A DNA stretch of 64,000 bases, taken from positions 64,679 through 128,678 of the forward strand of contig MFEQ01000004.1 of NCBI GenBank assembly GCA_001777665.1, in the 5' to 3' direction. Position numbers and translations under genes: made by a program. Numbering within the stretch: the stretch's first letter is position 1; each line of letters starts with the position of its first letter. The stretch comes from Candidatus Doudnabacteria bacterium RIFCSPHIGHO2_02_FULL_42_25 (GTDB taxonomy: Bacteria > Patescibacteriota > Doudnabacteria > UBA920 > O2-02-FULL-48-8). Shown one piece after another: positions 63,285-64,000 of the stretch. The notes under the pieces were generated by a model that made no database searches, was not told where the DNA came from, and saw nothing but the letters and a program-made list of their open reading frames with translations.

Positions 63285-64000
63285 ATGAACCACTTTTCAT
63301 TCATTTTAGAACGATTATCGTCCAGAGCCAAGAACGCTTTGATCACTTCACAGCGAATTTCTGAAGATTTGCATCATGACCACATCGGCACGGAGCATTT
63401 ACTTTATGGAATCGTCGAAGAAAAAGCGTCTTTCGCTGCGGAAATTTTACTTAAAAACAAAGTCACTCCAGAAACCGTAAAGAATGAGATAATCCACATG
63501 AATCAAACTCATGTTTCTGATAAATGGCAGCCAAAATTGTCCAACAATCTTCGTGAAGTCATAGAGAAAGCTGCCATTATCGCTAGCCGCTATCAATACC
63601 AATTTATCGGCACGGAACATTTTCTCTACGGCATTACAGATATGGACAGCGATGAAGCCAAAGGTATGCTTCTAGGAATGAAAGTTTCTGTCACTGAACT
63701 TCGAAAAAATCTGCTCTCTATTTTTGAAAATGTTTCTCGCTTCCCTGACTTACTCAATGTCGATGAGCAGCCAGAACTCGCTATGCCTACAGAAAAAAAT
63801 TCCAAAACGCCGGCGCTCGATTATTTCACTACTGATCTTTCTAAAAAAGCACATAAAGGAAAAATCGATCCTGTGATCGGACGCAAAAGCGAAATCGAAC
63901 GGTTGATTTCCATTCTGAATCGACGCACAAAAAATAATCCGGTTTTGATTGGCGAACCAGGAGTCGGTAAAACTGCAATTGTAGAAGGTCTAGCCCTCGC
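63285..64000 (+). CDS. Clp ATPase (ClpC/ClpB-like), 5' partial
   Basis: Double Clp_N repeat then Walker [16 protein letters not shown]; continues beyond window. Confidence 0.85.
   Translation, partial: MNHFSFILERLSSRAKNALITSQRISEDLHHDHIGTEHLLYGIVEEKASFAAEILLKNKVTPETVKNEIIHMNQTHVSDKWQPKLSNNLREVIEKAAIIASRYQYQFIGTEHFLYGITDMDSDEAKGMLLGMKVSVTELRKNLLSIFENVSRFPDLLNVDEQPELAMPTEKNSKTPALDYFTTDLSKKAHKGKIDPVIGRKSEIERLISILNRRTKNNPVLIGEPGVGKTAIVEGLAL

Overview
This is a 64 kb, AT-rich (roughly 35-40% GC by eye), gene-dense bacterial segment. The gene content and style fit a reduced-genome Patescibacteria/CPR-like organism: small single-domain proteins, an archaeal-type short AspRS together with gatCAB, a ThrRS lacking the N-terminal editing domains, a short EF-Ts, and a dcw cluster mraZ-rsmH-ftsL-ftsI-murF. 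Recognisable housekeeping genes are lgt, aspS, scpAB, zwf, rplJ-rplL, rpmG, hup, tsf, rpsB, rpmE, prfA-prmC, rplY, a SEDS rodA/ftsW, dnaE, thrS, miaA, gatCAB, lemA-htpX, recX and a clpC/clpB 5' end. There are four tRNAs (Thr-GGU, Trp-CCA, Thr-UGU, Tyr-GUA), a two-component cluster (two histidine kinases plus a CheY-like receiver), an HD-GYP protein, and a glycoside-hydrolase island (GH1 beta-glucosidase, a second TIM-barrel GH, a DMT transporter, a CdaR/PucR regulator). The most unusual content is not a single gene but a set of dispersed GC-rich palindromic repeat families sitting in the AT-rich background: (1) a CCTCCCC..GGGGAGG hairpin family that forms the inverted ends of a DUF559-nuclease-carrying element, occurs as ~120 bp MITE-like derivatives, and is inserted in-frame inside miaA; (2) a CCCCGGA..TCCGGGG hairpin family that supplies the C-terminal codons of miaA and sits in several leaders; (3) a perfect 20 bp palindrome CCTGCCTGCCGGCAGGCAGG at four loci; (4) ~80-120 bp palindromes built from tandem TACGAA / TTCGTA iterons abutting the start codons of five operons; (5) ATCCAGCACCA hairpins. 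About eight short islands (~52% GC) each carry small ORFs with canonical GGAGG Shine-Dalgarno sequences and GTG/TTG starts (a PpnP/DUF1255-like protein, a P-II-like fold protein, small membrane proteins and unknowns), often bordered by the GC-rich hairpins; they look like horizontally acquired cassettes. Other candidates are an operon of an Xis-like HTH, three paralogous membrane proteins and a 563-aa coiled-coil protein; a possible Thr T-box leader upstream of thrS; a DnaA-box cluster upstream of the dcw operon; and a VirB2/TrbC-like pilin gene wedged between gatA and gatB. No rRNA, CRISPR array, transposase or integrase gene is visible in the window.
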